Source of the DNA: Anaerolineae bacterium
GTDB lineage: Bacteria > Chloroflexota > Anaerolineae > B4-G1 > SLSP01
Assembly: GCA_049974845.1 (NCBI GenBank)
Contig: JBNGCP010000016.1
Location: 1 to 54,453, forward strand
Direction of reading: 5' to 3'
DNA: 54,453 nt
Positions 27,042-36,797 of the stretch are shown piece by piece. The position numbers and the translations under genes are program-made. Each line of letters opens with the position of its first letter. Position 1 is the stretch's first letter. Under the pieces are notes generated by a model. It was not told where the DNA came from and ran no database searches. It saw only the letters and a program-made list of their open reading frames with translations.

Positions 27042-27980
27042 ATGGGTAAATCACAGCGTTTGGAGGATCGACTCGCCTCACTGGGGGCGCTTCGGGCTGA
27101 CCCGACCTCAGAAGAGAGTCTCCAGGCCCTGCAGAAGGCGCTTACCTCGAAGGCAAATCACGTGGTCGCGCGGGCGGCCGAGATCGTCGGGGAGTTTCAG
27201 TTGACGGAGCTCGAGGGCGACGTCGTGGCGGCCTTTGATCGCTTCATGACGAACGCGCAGAAGACGGATCCGGGCTGTGCCGCGAAGACGAGTATCGTCG
27301 AGGCGCTTTACCGCATGGAGGCCTACCAGCCTGACATCTTCCTGCAGGGGATCGGGCACGTACAACTGGAGCCGGTCTACGGGGGCAAGGAGGACACGGC
27401 GGCGAAGCTGCGTGGCGTCTCCGCATTGGGGCTCGTGAGGATCAATTACCCGAATGTGATGCTGCAGCTTGCGCAACTGCTCGCGGACCCAGAAGCCGAT
27501 GCTCGGATGTCGGCGGCCCGGGCGGTCGGTTACTCAGGGCTTGACGCAGGGGTCCCACTTCTCAGGTTCAAGTCCCTGATTGGCGACCCGCATCCGCAGG
27601 TACTCTGCGAGTGCTTTACGGCGCTCCTGCAGCTGTCGCCGGAGCCGTCGCTCTCGTTTGTGGCGGGGTTTCTGCATCAGGACGATGTCGCGGTGCAGGA
27701 GGCCGCCGCCGTCGCATTGGGCGAGTCTCGACTGGTCCAGGCCTTACCCTTTCTCGAGACGGCGTGGGAGGATGCAGTCGATGACGACCTCCGACGGGCG
27801 CTGCTCTTTGCCATTGCTTTCCTGCGCCACGAGCGGGCGCTCGACTTTCTGCTTTCCTTGGTGAAGAAGGGTGGGCGTTCGGGGGAGGACGCACTGGCGG
27901 CGCTGGGGATGTACCGGGGCGACCCACGTGTCTGGGAGCGTGTCGAGGCGGTGTTGGGCGAGCGGGACCGTGCTGGCTGA
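27042..27980 (+). CDS. HEAT-repeat protein
   Basis: Repeated helical motifs (VVARAAEIVGE, LLADPEADARMSAARAVG, VQEAAAVALGE). Confidence 0.8.
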   Translation: MGKSQRLEDRLASLGALRADPTSEESLQALQKALTSKANHVVARAAEIVGEFQLTELEGDVVAAFDRFMTNAQKTDPGCAAKTSIVEALYRMEAYQPDIFLQGIGHVQLEPVYGGKEDTAAKLRGVSALGLVRINYPNVMLQLAQLLADPEADARMSAARAVGYSGLDAGVPLLRFKSLIGDPHPQVLCECFTALLQLSPEPSLSFVAGFLHQDDVAVQEAAAVALGESRLVQALPFLETAWEDAVDDDLRRALLFAIAFLRHERALDFLLSLVKKGGRSGEDALAALGMYRGDPRVWERVEAVLGERDRAG

Positions 27981-28070
27981 GCGTCAGACGCCGAGGGTCG
28001 GCGTGGAGCGCGCGGCCTATCGGGCGACGTGATGACCTTCTCTGGCGAGGATATCAAGGGGAAGTCGACG

Positions 28071-28982
28071 ATGCACCACCGTGAACTGGGCGCCACTGGT
28101 GTCCTGATCTCCGAGGTAGGGATGGGGTGTAATCGCCTAGGTGAAGCCAATGTGCCCGACGCGCACTGGATCGAGCTGGTGAGGCGTGCGGTGGATCTCG
28201 GCGTCAATCTCTTTGACACATCAGAGTCCTACGGCTGGGGACGGAGCGAGGAGATGCTTGGCAGGGCTCTCGAGGGGCGCCAGGATGTGCTCATCGCCAC
28301 CAAGATGGCCCGAATCCGAGAGACCGGAGCCCATGACTTTTCGTGTCAGCGGATGGTCGCGCAGGTTGAGGGCAGCCTTCGACGGTTGCGGCGGGACGTG
28401 ATCGATATCTACCAGCTGCACAGCCCAACCCGAGAGGCGCTGGAGCGGTACGATTGGGCTGCGGGCATGGCGAAGCTGAAGGCACAGGGCAAGATCAGGT
28501 TTGCTGCTGTGGCTGTGCGTGACGAAGCAGATGGGATCTGGCTCATGGAGGAGGGCCTCGTGGACGTGCTTCAGATCACCTACAACATCTTTCACAGCGA
28601 GCCGGAGTCACGTCTGTTCGACCTGGCGTTGGCGAAAGGGGTGGGACTTCTGTGCCGAATGCCTCTGGCCCGCGGAGTCCTTACGGGCAAGTTTGCGCCG
28701 GATCAGGAAGTCGACGAGGGGCATCGTGCGCTCCTGGACGGCGATCGGATGTGGGAGAATATCCGTAGGGCCGAGGATCTGAGATCGATCGCGGCGGAAT
28801 TCCCGGGTGGTATGACCCGGATGGCCCTGCAGTTTAGCCTAACGCCCAGAGCCGTCTCCGCCGTCATCCCAGGGGCCCGCAAGATCAGCCAGCTTGAGGA
28901 GAATGTCGCCGCGTCGAACGGCAGCGGGTTGCCGCCGGACGTGCGCGCTGCTGTTCGGGGCGTGCAAGAGACGTGGTCCTAG
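28071..28982 (+). CDS. aldo/keto reductase
   Basis: ELGATGVLISEVGMG, FDTSESYG, ATK, IDIYQLH, PLARGVLTGK, VIPGA. Confidence 0.92.
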   Translation: MHHRELGATGVLISEVGMGCNRLGEANVPDAHWIELVRRAVDLGVNLFDTSESYGWGRSEEMLGRALEGRQDVLIATKMARIRETGAHDFSCQRMVAQVEGSLRRLRRDVIDIYQLHSPTREALERYDWAAGMAKLKAQGKIRFAAVAVRDEADGIWLMEEGLVDVLQITYNIFHSEPESRLFDLALAKGVGLLCRMPLARGVLTGKFAPDQEVDEGHRALLDGDRMWENIRRAEDLRSIAAEFPGGMTRMALQFSLTPRAVSAVIPGARKISQLEENVAASNGSGLPPDVRAAVRGVQETWS

Positions 28983-29028
28983 GCACGCGGCTCCTGCTTG
29001 GTAGGGCACCTCTCGATCGATGAAACGG

Positions 29029-29095
29029 GCAGCCCCCGAGGGTCTAGACCTTCGGGGGCTGCTGTTGACCGCTGGGCTACGGAACACCGTAGCCC
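29029..29095. terminator. two hairpins between convergent genes (probable bidirectional terminator)
   Basis: gcagcccccga / tcgggggctgc at 29029-29062 and gggctacgg / ccgtagccc at 29074-29095. Confidence 0.7.
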
Positions 29096-29106
29096 TCATC
29101 CTGTTG

Positions 29107-29250
29107 TTATTGGAAGATGCGGATCAGGCCCTTCAGCAGATGCGTCAGCCGAGATGTGCGCTCAAGCTGCAGGCGCTCCCTGCTGCGGTCCCGTATCTTC
29201 TCCTCTGCAATGATCCTTGCCGTGAATATCGGCTCGATGTTGTTTTCCAT
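29107..29250 (-). CDS. 47-aa small protein downstream of the c-di-AMP riboswitch (absent from the ORF track)
   Basis: AGGAGG RBS, ATG 29250 to TAA 29107: MENNIEPIFTARIIAEEKIRDRSRERLQLERTSRLTHLLKGLIRIFQ. Confidence 0.75.
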   Translation of the reverse strand: MENNIEPIFTARIIAEEKIRDRSRERLQLERTSRLTHLLKGLIRIFQ

Positions 29251-29379
29251 CGTTCTCAACCTCCTGTGTCCTTTCCCATGGCCTGAACCTGTGACGGCCC
29301 AAGCGCTCCTTTCGTGTCTGTGAGCAACAACCCACCTCGCCTACAGGCGAGGCCCCTCGTTGCGTTGGGCAAACCCAGC

Positions 29380-29409
29380 AAAAAAGGACACCTCGACTTC
29401 GGTGTCCTT
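29380..29409 (-). terminator. riboswitch expression-platform terminator
   Basis: Minus strand AAGGACACC-gaagtcga-GGTGTCCTT-TTTT immediately after the aptamer. Confidence 0.85.
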
Positions 29410-29411
29410 CT

Positions 29412-29546
29412 TTCACGCCTGCGAAGTTAGCTGTCGGACTCGGGCCAAAGAAGATAGCCCTCCATCGAGGCTTACGCCCCATGATTCGCCCCACACAATT
29501 GGTTCCTCCGCTGGATGCCCACACGGACATCCATTCGGCGGTGCGT
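29412..29546 (-). ncRNA. cyclic di-AMP (ydaO/yuaA) riboswitch
   Basis: Minus strand CGCCGAAT...AGCGGAGGAACC...TGGGGCGAATC...AGGG...GGCCCGAGTCCGACAGCTAACTTCGCAGGCG reproduces the conserved ydaO segments in order. Confidence 0.92.
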
Positions 29547-29598
29547 TCTCTAGCTTGTCCAAGTTCGGTTGCTGCTCTATCAACTTTCGACAATCAAC

Positions 29599-29626
29599 AT
29601 GTTACCCGGATGCTGGTGTAAGTCAA
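29599..29626 (-). promoter_or_regulatory. sigma70 promoter of the riboswitch transcript
   Basis: Minus strand TTGACT-N16-TAACAT about 50 nt before the aptamer. Confidence 0.6.
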
Positions 29627-29892
29627 GGGCGCGCCTAAGAGTGAAGAGCGTGACTGCTCAGAATCTGGGGTGAAAAGCCGACTCCAGATGGAGGAGGCCT
29701 GCACTTAGGGTATTGCGACAAGCTATGGTAGAATGTCCGTATGCGCGCGCTTACGCCCGTTCTCGGGACTCGAGATCTGGCGGGGGATTCTCAATAGGCG
29801 CAAGGGTGCGGGAGGCGATGTGCTGAGCGCGCGCTGTGTACTGCCCAATCAACTACTCAATCTATCGTTCTACATGCAGAGGAGGCATTTGG

Positions 29893-32800
29893 ATGGCACT
29901 GACGTTGGAATGGCAAGATCGCATACGTGCTTGGCGCGAGGAGCTGCCACGGCACTTCTACCACCCTTTGGGCGCGGTGGCCCTGGAGGGGTTCGTGACT
30001 CGGGAGCAGCTGACGCCGGAGGAGGCGATGGCGCGGGAGTTCGCGCCGATGGACCCCGGCACCCGGTGGGGCGCGAAATGGGAATACGGTTGGTTCCGTG
30101 GCGCCTTCACGCTTCCGGAGGCCGCTGCGGGCAAGCGCATCGCTCTGGCGGTCGATGTGGGAGGCGAGAGCATCATCTTCGTGAACGGCGAGCCCGCGGG
30201 CGCACGCGATCGCATGCATCGTGAAATCACATTGGCCACGTCGGGCGAGCCCGGCGCGCGTTACGAGATTCTCATCGAGGCCTATGCAGGACACGGACCT
30301 CGTGTCGCCAGCATCGGCCCGACGCCCCCGGATCGCGAGACGGTGCCGGAGCCCGGTCCTACCCAGGCTACGGTCGGGGAGACCACCTTCGGCATCTGGC
30401 AGGAGGAGGTCTATCAATTGTGGGTCGACGTCGAGACCCTCTGGCAGACGCGGGAGAACTTGGACGAGAACAGCCTCCGCCTCATGGAAATCGACCGGGG
30501 GCTGCGGGACTTCACGCTCACCGTCGACCCTGAGCTCCCACGGGAGATGATGCTGGAGACGGTGCGCGAGGGCCGCAAGCGGCTGCGCCCGTTGCTGACC
30601 TGTGTCAACGGCTCAACGGCTCCGGAGATGTTCGCTTTCGGACACTCGCACATTGACGTCGCGTGGCTCTGGCCACTGGCCGAGACCGAGCGCAAGATGG
30701 GGCGGACGATGGCCACCCAGCTGGCGCTGATGGAGGAGTATCCGGAGTACATCTTCGTTCAGAGCCAACCGCATCTTTACCGGATGGCTGAGGAGCGATA
30801 CCCAGAGATCTACAAGCGGCTTAAGGCTGCCGCGGAGCGGGGACAGCTCATCCCGGAGGGGGCGACCTGGGTGGAACCCGACACCAATATCTCTGGTGGC
30901 GAAAGCCTGATTCGCCAGTTTGTTCACGGGCAGCGCTTCTTCCGAGATGAGTTCGGAGTCGAGTGCGAGATGCTTTGGCTGCCTGACGTCTTCGGCTACT
31001 CGGGCGCCCTGCCGCAGATCATGCGAGGGTGCGGCGTGAAGTACTTCTCCACTCAGAAGATCTTCTGGGCTTACCACGGCGGCGCGCCCTTTCCCTACAA
31101 TACCTTTATCTGGGAGGGCATCGACGGCTCCGAGGTCTACGTCCATCTTCACAACGACTACAACGCGCGCATGAATCCGGAGAGCGTCATCGGTCGGTGG
31201 AACGAGCGGGTGCAGAAGGATGGATTCTCGACCCGGCTCTATCCCTTCGGGTATGGCGATGGCGGCGGCGGTCCAACGCGCAATCACCTGGAGTTCGCGC
31301 GGCGTCTCAAAGATCTCGAGGGCGTGCCCAAGGTCAGGATGGCAGCGCCAAAGGCGTACTTCGAGGATCAGGAGGCCAAGGGGTGGCCCGAGGTGCGGTA
31401 CGTCGGCGAGCTCTACTTCCAGGCGCATCGCGGCACCCTCACCTCACAGGCCCGCACGAAGCGGGGAAATCGCAAGAGCGAGTTCGCGCTGCGGCGCGCG
31501 GAGCTCTGGGGCGTGGCAGCGCGAGCGCTGGCTGATTTCGAGTTTTCGGCTGCGTTGCTCGATGAGGCGTGGAAGGGCGTTTTGCTGAACCAGTTCCACG
31601 ACATCCTCCCGGGCTCGTCGATCGAGCGTGTCTACGAGGAGGCGGAGGCGCTGTACGACGAGGTCATCGACGCGGCGGACTGCGTTGCGACGGATGCGGC
31701 GATGGCTCTAACGCGGGGCGATGAGGGGATGACGGTGTTCAACGACCTCTCCTGGTCGCGCAGTGGGCTGGTGCCCTTGCCCGACGGCTTCGACGGCGCT
31801 GAGGATGACGCCGGAGCGCCGCTGCCGGTGCAACGCGTCGGCGACGACCTGCTCGTGGAGGTCACGGTTCCCTCGTGTGGCTGGACCACCGTGCGAAACA
31901 CTGCGGCTGCCGATGTTCCGAATACGCTTAAGGTGAACGAGCGGCTGTTGGAAAACGCCCATCTTCGCGCCGAGTTCAACGAGCGCGGTGAGATCGTGAG
32001 CCTCGTTCACAAGACGTCCGATCTGGGCGAGCTGGCGGTAGGCCCGTGCAACAGCTTTGAGATGTACAAGGATGTGCCGAGCCGGTGGGATGCCTGGGAC
32101 ATCGACAGCATCTATGAGGAGACGCCCGTCCCGTTGGATGAGCCGGCGGAGATCGAGGTGCTCTCGGAGGGACCGCTGGTCGCAACGCTCAAGGTCACCC
32201 GTAAACTGCACAATTCGGTGATGTCGCAGGAGATCAGCCTCCGGCGCGATAGCCAAAGGCTGGACTTCAAGACCACGATCGACTGGCAGGAACGGCACAA
32301 GCTGCTGAAGGTGGCGTTCCCGGTCAACATCCATGCGAATGAGGCTACGCACGAGATCCAGTTCGGTTACATCGAGCGCCCAAATCACCGGTCCCGGCCC
32401 TTCGATGCCGATCGGTTCGAGGTGGTGAACCACAAGTGGTCGGCGCTGGTCCAGGGTAACGGCGGCGTCGCTGTGCTGAACGACTGCAAATACGGCGTCA
32501 ACGTTCTCGACAAGGCGATCAAGCTGACGCTTCTGAAAGCGCCCCTGGCCCCGGACATGCACGCGGATCTAGGCGTTCAGGAGTTCACCTACGCGCTGTA
32601 CGTGTGGGACGGCGCCTTCGCCGATAGCGATGTCGTGCGCGAGGGCTACGATCTCAACGCGCCGTTGATGACCGCGCCGGGAGATGCCGGCACGCACTCA
32701 CTCTTCGAGGTCGATGCGCCGAGTGTCGTGATCGAGACGGTAAAGCCGGCGGAGGATGGCTCTGATGACGTCATCGTTCGCCTCTACGAGTCCAAGCGCA

Positions 32801-32961
32801 TGGGCGTGCGCTGCAACCTGAAGACCGCGTTGCCGTGCAGGGCGGCCCGGGCCACCGACATGTTGGAGGAAAGCACGATCGAAGAGCTAGCGTGCGAGAA
32901 CGGTGTCGTGCCGTTGAAGTTCCGCCCCTTCGAGGTGAAGACAGTCCGCTTGACGCTATAG
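29893..32961 (+). CDS. alpha-mannosidase, glycoside hydrolase family 38
   Basis: GHSHIDVAWLWP, WVEPD, WLPDVFGYS, GYGDGGGGP, GELY-HRGT, NQFHDILPGSSI; GGAGG RBS. Confidence 0.95.
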   Translation: MALTLEWQDRIRAWREELPRHFYHPLGAVALEGFVTREQLTPEEAMAREFAPMDPGTRWGAKWEYGWFRGAFTLPEAAAGKRIALAVDVGGESIIFVNGEPAGARDRMHREITLATSGEPGARYEILIEAYAGHGPRVASIGPTPPDRETVPEPGPTQATVGETTFGIWQEEVYQLWVDVETLWQTRENLDENSLRLMEIDRGLRDFTLTVDPELPREMMLETVREGRKRLRPLLTCVNGSTAPEMFAFGHSHIDVAWLWPLAETERKMGRTMATQLALMEEYPEYIFVQSQPHLYRMAEERYPEIYKRLKAAAERGQLIPEGATWVEPDTNISGGESLIRQFVHGQRFFRDEFGVECEMLWLPDVFGYSGALPQIMRGCGVKYFSTQKIFWAYHGGAPFPYNTFIWEGIDGSEVYVHLHNDYNARMNPESVIGRWNERVQKDGFSTRLYPFGYGDGGGGPTRNHLEFARRLKDLEGVPKVRMAAPKAYFEDQEAKGWPEVRYVGELYFQAHRGTLTSQARTKRGNRKSEFALRRAELWGVAARALADFEFSAALLDEAWKGVLLNQFHDILPGSSIERVYEEAEALYDEVIDAADCVATDAAMALTRGDEGMTVFNDLSWSRSGLVPLPDGFDGAEDDAGAPLPVQRVGDDLLVEVTVPSCGWTTVRNTAAADVPNTLKVNERLLENAHLRAEFNERGEIVSLVHKTSDLGELAVGPCNSFEMYKDVPSRWDAWDIDSIYEETPVPLDEPAEIEVLSEGPLVATLKVTRKLHNSVMSQEISLRRDSQRLDFKTTIDWQERHKLLKVAFPVNIHANEATHEIQFGYIERPNHRSRPFDADRFEVVNHKWSALVQGNGGVAVLNDCKYGVNVLDKAIKLTLLKAPLAPDMHADLGVQEFTYALYVWDGAFADSDVVREGYDLNAPLMTAPGDAGTHSLFEVDAPSVVIETVKPAEDGSDDVIVRLYESKRMGVRCNLKTALPCRAARATDMLEESTIEELACENGVVPLKFRPFEVKTVRLTL

Positions 32962-32988
32962 GCCTAGGCCTAGGCGTGAGCTTTGGTT

Positions 32989-33059
32989 CCGGAGGCTTCG
33001 CGCTCGCAGGGGTGTCCCACGACAGTCTGTGTGGGATGCCGGCGGCGCGAAGCCCCCGG
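32989..33059. repeat. intergenic long imperfect palindrome (REP-like / mRNA stabiliser)
   Basis: ccggaggcttcgcgc...ggtgtcccac / gtgggatgcc...gcgcgaagcccccgg. Confidence 0.55.
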
Positions 33060-33108
33060 TGTATCTATGTGTTGATTTCGGGTGGCGACCCCGCAGGAGG
33101 GTTGATCT

Positions 33109-34020
33109 ATGGCCTCTGATGATCTCGTCCGCGCGGCGTGGCGAGCGGGCACGATGATCCCCGCGTTCAACGTGCCCTATCTCCCGATGCTGGAGCCCGT
33201 GGTCCGCGCGGTGGTTGACCAGAACGCGCTGGCCTTCATTGAGACGGCGCGTATCGAGTGGCGGACGTTTGAGTGCTACGGACCGGCTGCCGTGCAGGAG
33301 GCTTTCACACGGTACGCCGATCCGAGGCACGTGCGGCTGCACCTCGACCACGTCCCGGTGATCGATGAGGACGGGCTGGAGGTGGATTACCTTCCGATCA
33401 TCCGCAGGGCGATCGACCTGGGCTATGATTCGGTCATGGTCGACGGCTCGCGGCTGGATCTCGAAACCAACATCGCCGCAACGCGCACGGTGGTCGAGAT
33501 GGCCCACGCGGCGGGAATCCCCTGTGAGGCTGAGCTGGGGGCTATCCTGCGGGAGGGTGCCGGGCCGCTGCCACCCTATGACGAGCTCTTCCGATCGGGC
33601 CTTGGGTTCACCGATGTGGGGCAGGCTGCGCGGTTCGTGGAGGAGACCGGGTGCGACTGGCTGTCGGTCGCCGTTGGGAACATCCACGGTGCCGTCTCTA
33701 AGGCGTACAAGGATCGGAAGAAGACGGAAGCGCGGCTGAACCTCGACCATCTTGCGCGCCTGAGGGAGGTCACCGGGATACCGCTGGTGCTTCATGGCGG
33801 CTCGGGCGTGCGGCGTGACGATGTCTTGGCCGCGATCAAGGTGGGCATTGCCAAGATCAACGTCGCGACGGAGATCCGGCAAGCCTACGAGGAAGGGCTG
33901 CGAACGGGCAGGGGGCTTGAGGCCGCAAAGGAAGCCGTCTACGCGCGGACCGTCTGGCTGATTCGGGATCATTTCGAGGTCGCCGGATCGCGCGAGGTCG
34001 TGCTGGAGGCCGGCGAATGA
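33109..34020 (+). CDS. class II fructose-bisphosphate/ketose aldolase family
   Basis: PAFN, HLDH, SVMVDGS, EAELG, GNIHG, VLHGGSG, KINV-TE. Confidence 0.93.
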   Translation: MASDDLVRAAWRAGTMIPAFNVPYLPMLEPVVRAVVDQNALAFIETARIEWRTFECYGPAAVQEAFTRYADPRHVRLHLDHVPVIDEDGLEVDYLPIIRRAIDLGYDSVMVDGSRLDLETNIAATRTVVEMAHAAGIPCEAELGAILREGAGPLPPYDELFRSGLGFTDVGQAARFVEETGCDWLSVAVGNIHGAVSKAYKDRKKTEARLNLDHLARLREVTGIPLVLHGGSGVRRDDVLAAIKVGIAKINVATEIRQAYEEGLRTGRGLEAAKEAVYARTVWLIRDHFEVAGSREVVLEAGE

Positions 34021-35540
34021 GTTTGTTGGGCATCGACGTTGGGACGACCGGCTGCAAGGCAGCCTGTTTTGACCACGATGGTGTTCTGCTTGCGTCGGCC
34101 TATCGCGAATATGACGTGCGACATCCGCAACCCGGCTGGGCAGAACTGGACGCTGCAGCGGTCTGGTCGGAGGTAAAGGCTGTGATTGGCGAAGTCGCGG
34201 CGAGCGTTGGCTCGCGCGCCATCGAGGCCCTCTCCGTCTCGTCGTTGGGGGAGGCCGTCGTGCCGGTCACGGAGAGCCGAGATATCCTGGGGCCGTCCAT
34301 CCTCAACTTCGACGTGCGTGGCGCGGCGTATCTGCCGTCTCTGAGGAACACGATCGACGATGGCACGCTCTACGCGATCAACGGCAACACGCTGGGCAAC
34401 CACTACGGACTGACCAAGCTGCTATGGATCCGAGATGAAGCGCCGGCACGCTATGCTCAGGCCGACAAGTTCCTGCTGTGGAGCAGCTTTGTGGCCTATA
34501 TGCTCGGCGCCGCTCCGGTCGTGGATTACTCGCTGGCCAATCGGACACTTCTGTTCGATGTAGAGCGGAAAACCTGGTCCGAGAGGCTGATCGATCTCAC
34601 CGGGCTGGACCGGTGCAAGCTGCCCGAGACGGCACCGTCCGGCAAGGTGGTGGGCACCGTGGCCCCGCACGTGGCGGCGGAGCTCGGGCTTTCCGCGGAT
34701 GTCAAGATCGTGACCGGGGCGCATGATCAATGCGCCAATGCCGTCGGCTGCGGCGTGGTCAGGGAGGGACGGGCCGTCTACGGCATGGGCACCTTTCTCT
34801 GCGTCACTCCAGTCTTCGCCGAGCGCATCGAGGCCGATACGATGATCGAGCGCGGCCTTAACACCGAGCATCATGCTGTCCCCGGCAAGTACGTGAGCTT
34901 TATCTATAACCAGGGTGGATCGCTGGTGAAATGGTATCGTGATACCTTCGCGGCGGAGGAGCACAGACAGGCCGAGGCCGCGGGACGCGATGTCTACGCT
35001 AAGCTCTTTGCGGAGGCGCCTCAGGAGCCAAGCGGGCTGCTGGTGCTCCCTCACTTCACCACGACCGGCCCGCCCGACTTCATCGCTGCCTCCAGCGGCG
35101 TGATCGCTGGCCTGCACCTTGAGACGCCGCGGGGCGCGATCCTGAAAGGCATCATCGAGGGCGCCACGTTCTATCTTCGGGACTGCGTCGAGACGCTACC
35201 AGCGACGGGCATACACATCGAGGACTTCCGTGCCGTCGGTGGGGGCAGCAAGTCCGATCTCTGGGTGCAGATGTCGGCGGATATCCTCAACCGCCCGCTT
35301 ACGCGACCGGTGGTGACGGAAGCGGGCGCGTTGGGCGCGGCGATTATAGCCGGCGTCGGTGCCGGGGTGTTCGACTCGTTTGAGGAGGGCAGCGAGGCGA
35401 TGGTCTCGCTGGAGCGCACGTTTGAGCCCGATCCCCGCCGCCACGTTCTCTATGAGCCCTGGTTTGAGCAGTACAAGAGGCTGTGGCCTTTGATGCAGGA
35501 GTTTCTGAGGGAGCAGGCAGCGCTGCAGGCGCCAGGGTAG
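34017..35540 (+). CDS. FGGY-family carbohydrate kinase (xylulokinase-like)
   Basis: LGIDVGTTGCK, GAHDQ, GMGT, VGGGSKS, EAGALGAA; ATGA overlap with the aldolase. Confidence 0.92.
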   Translation: MSLLGIDVGTTGCKAACFDHDGVLLASAYREYDVRHPQPGWAELDAAAVWSEVKAVIGEVAASVGSRAIEALSVSSLGEAVVPVTESRDILGPSILNFDVRGAAYLPSLRNTIDDGTLYAINGNTLGNHYGLTKLLWIRDEAPARYAQADKFLLWSSFVAYMLGAAPVVDYSLANRTLLFDVERKTWSERLIDLTGLDRCKLPETAPSGKVVGTVAPHVAAELGLSADVKIVTGAHDQCANAVGCGVVREGRAVYGMGTFLCVTPVFAERIEADTMIERGLNTEHHAVPGKYVSFIYNQGGSLVKWYRDTFAAEEHRQAEAAGRDVYAKLFAEAPQEPSGLLVLPHFTTTGPPDFIAASSGVIAGLHLETPRGAILKGIIEGATFYLRDCVETLPATGIHIEDFRAVGGGSKSDLWVQMSADILNRPLTRPVVTEAGALGAAIIAGVGAGVFDSFEEGSEAMVSLERTFEPDPRRHVLYEPWFEQYKRLWPLMQEFLREQAALQAPG

Positions 35541-35817
35541 CGTGCGCGCTGGGACGTGAGCGGGTGTGGTCGACCGCGATTACGCATCGATTCCCGCCGA
35601 GGCAAGGCGCGTTAGCTCTGGGGACGAAATACGACGACTTCATGGCGATGCCGGATGCGTAACAGTAACATGGTCGGTCTGCCCGTGCTGCAAGCGCCTC
35701 GATAAGGTTACCATCCACGGATTGCGCTATCGCCAGGCCGTGCTATGCTCCGACGAAGGAATCTTGGGCACAACCGCGCTCTCACCCATCGAGCGCCTCT
35801 CAACTCTGAGGTAGTCT

Positions 35818-36705
35818 ATGCGCCAACGCCGTTACGATCTTGACGGTCCCTGGTTCAAGGGCAACACCCACATTCACAGCACGGCCTCCGATGGCGGCTT
35901 GACGTTCCGCGAGCTTACGGATGCCTATGCCGGTGCAGGCTATGATTTCTTGGTGCTCACGGATCACTGGGTGACCTCCGATGTAGGTGCGCGCGATGAC
36001 GGTGGGACGGCCCCCCTGCTGTGGCTTGATGGAATTGAGCTCGATGGTTTTGATGAGCAGGGCAGCTACTACCACGTAGTCTGCATTGGGCGCTTCACGT
36101 CGCTCGAGCTCGAGATGGGCTTCCCTGCAGCATTGCAGGCTGCCCGCGATCAGGGCGGGCTGCTGATCCTGGCGCACCCTCTCTGGACGGGAAACTCGTT
36201 TGCCGAGGCGTGCCGGTGGGGGTTCGACGGGGTCGAGATCTACAACCACGTCTGTCGCTGGCTCAATGGCAAGGGGGATGGATTGGCGTACTGGCAGGCG
36301 ATGCTGCGTGACGTGCCGACGACACTCGCCGTGGCGAGCGATGATGCCCATATCAAGCCCGAGCATCCCGGCTGGAACGGCGGCTGGGTGATGGTCCAAG
36401 CGCCGACGCTGACAACCGATGCGATTCTGTCGGGCCTGCGAGCCGGGAACTTCTACAGCACCACCGGACCGGTGTTCGAGCGGATAGAGGTGACGGGCGA
36501 TCACGTCCGTGTCGAGACGTCGCCGGTGAGTTTCATTCGGCTGGTAGGCCCGGCCTATCTCGGGCAGCGGGTGGGTAGTTTCGACGGCCCGCTGTTGGCA
36601 GGGGGCGACTTCGAACTGCCGGAGGCATGGCCTTATGCTTACCTTGACATCGAGGATGATCGGGGCCGGCGGGCCTGGACGAACACGCTGTGGGTCGACG
36701 CGTAG
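35818..36705 (+). CDS. PHP-domain (CehA/McbA-like) metallohydrolase
   Basis: KGNTHIHSTASDG, LTDH, GIE, AHP-W, VEIYN, SDDAH, GNFYSTTGP. Confidence 0.88.
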   Translation: MRQRRYDLDGPWFKGNTHIHSTASDGGLTFRELTDAYAGAGYDFLVLTDHWVTSDVGARDDGGTAPLLWLDGIELDGFDEQGSYYHVVCIGRFTSLELEMGFPAALQAARDQGGLLILAHPLWTGNSFAEACRWGFDGVEIYNHVCRWLNGKGDGLAYWQAMLRDVPTTLAVASDDAHIKPEHPGWNGGWVMVQAPTLTTDAILSGLRAGNFYSTTGPVFERIEVTGDHVRVETSPVSFIRLVGPAYLGQRVGSFDGPLLAGGDFELPEAWPYAYLDIEDDRGRRAWTNTLWVDA

Positions 36706-36797
36706 GCCTTCAGACTCGTGATGGGAATTCAGGTGCAATTGTCGTGCAAAGGGATGCCGCGGTGGTCTGATGGCATCGTTACGGTAGAGGAGGACTG

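Noticed and set aside
29162-29638. 143-aa and 92-aa ORFs over the riboswitch
   Set aside because: They cross the aptamer and terminator and are not protein-like; the 47-aa ORF has the proper RBS.
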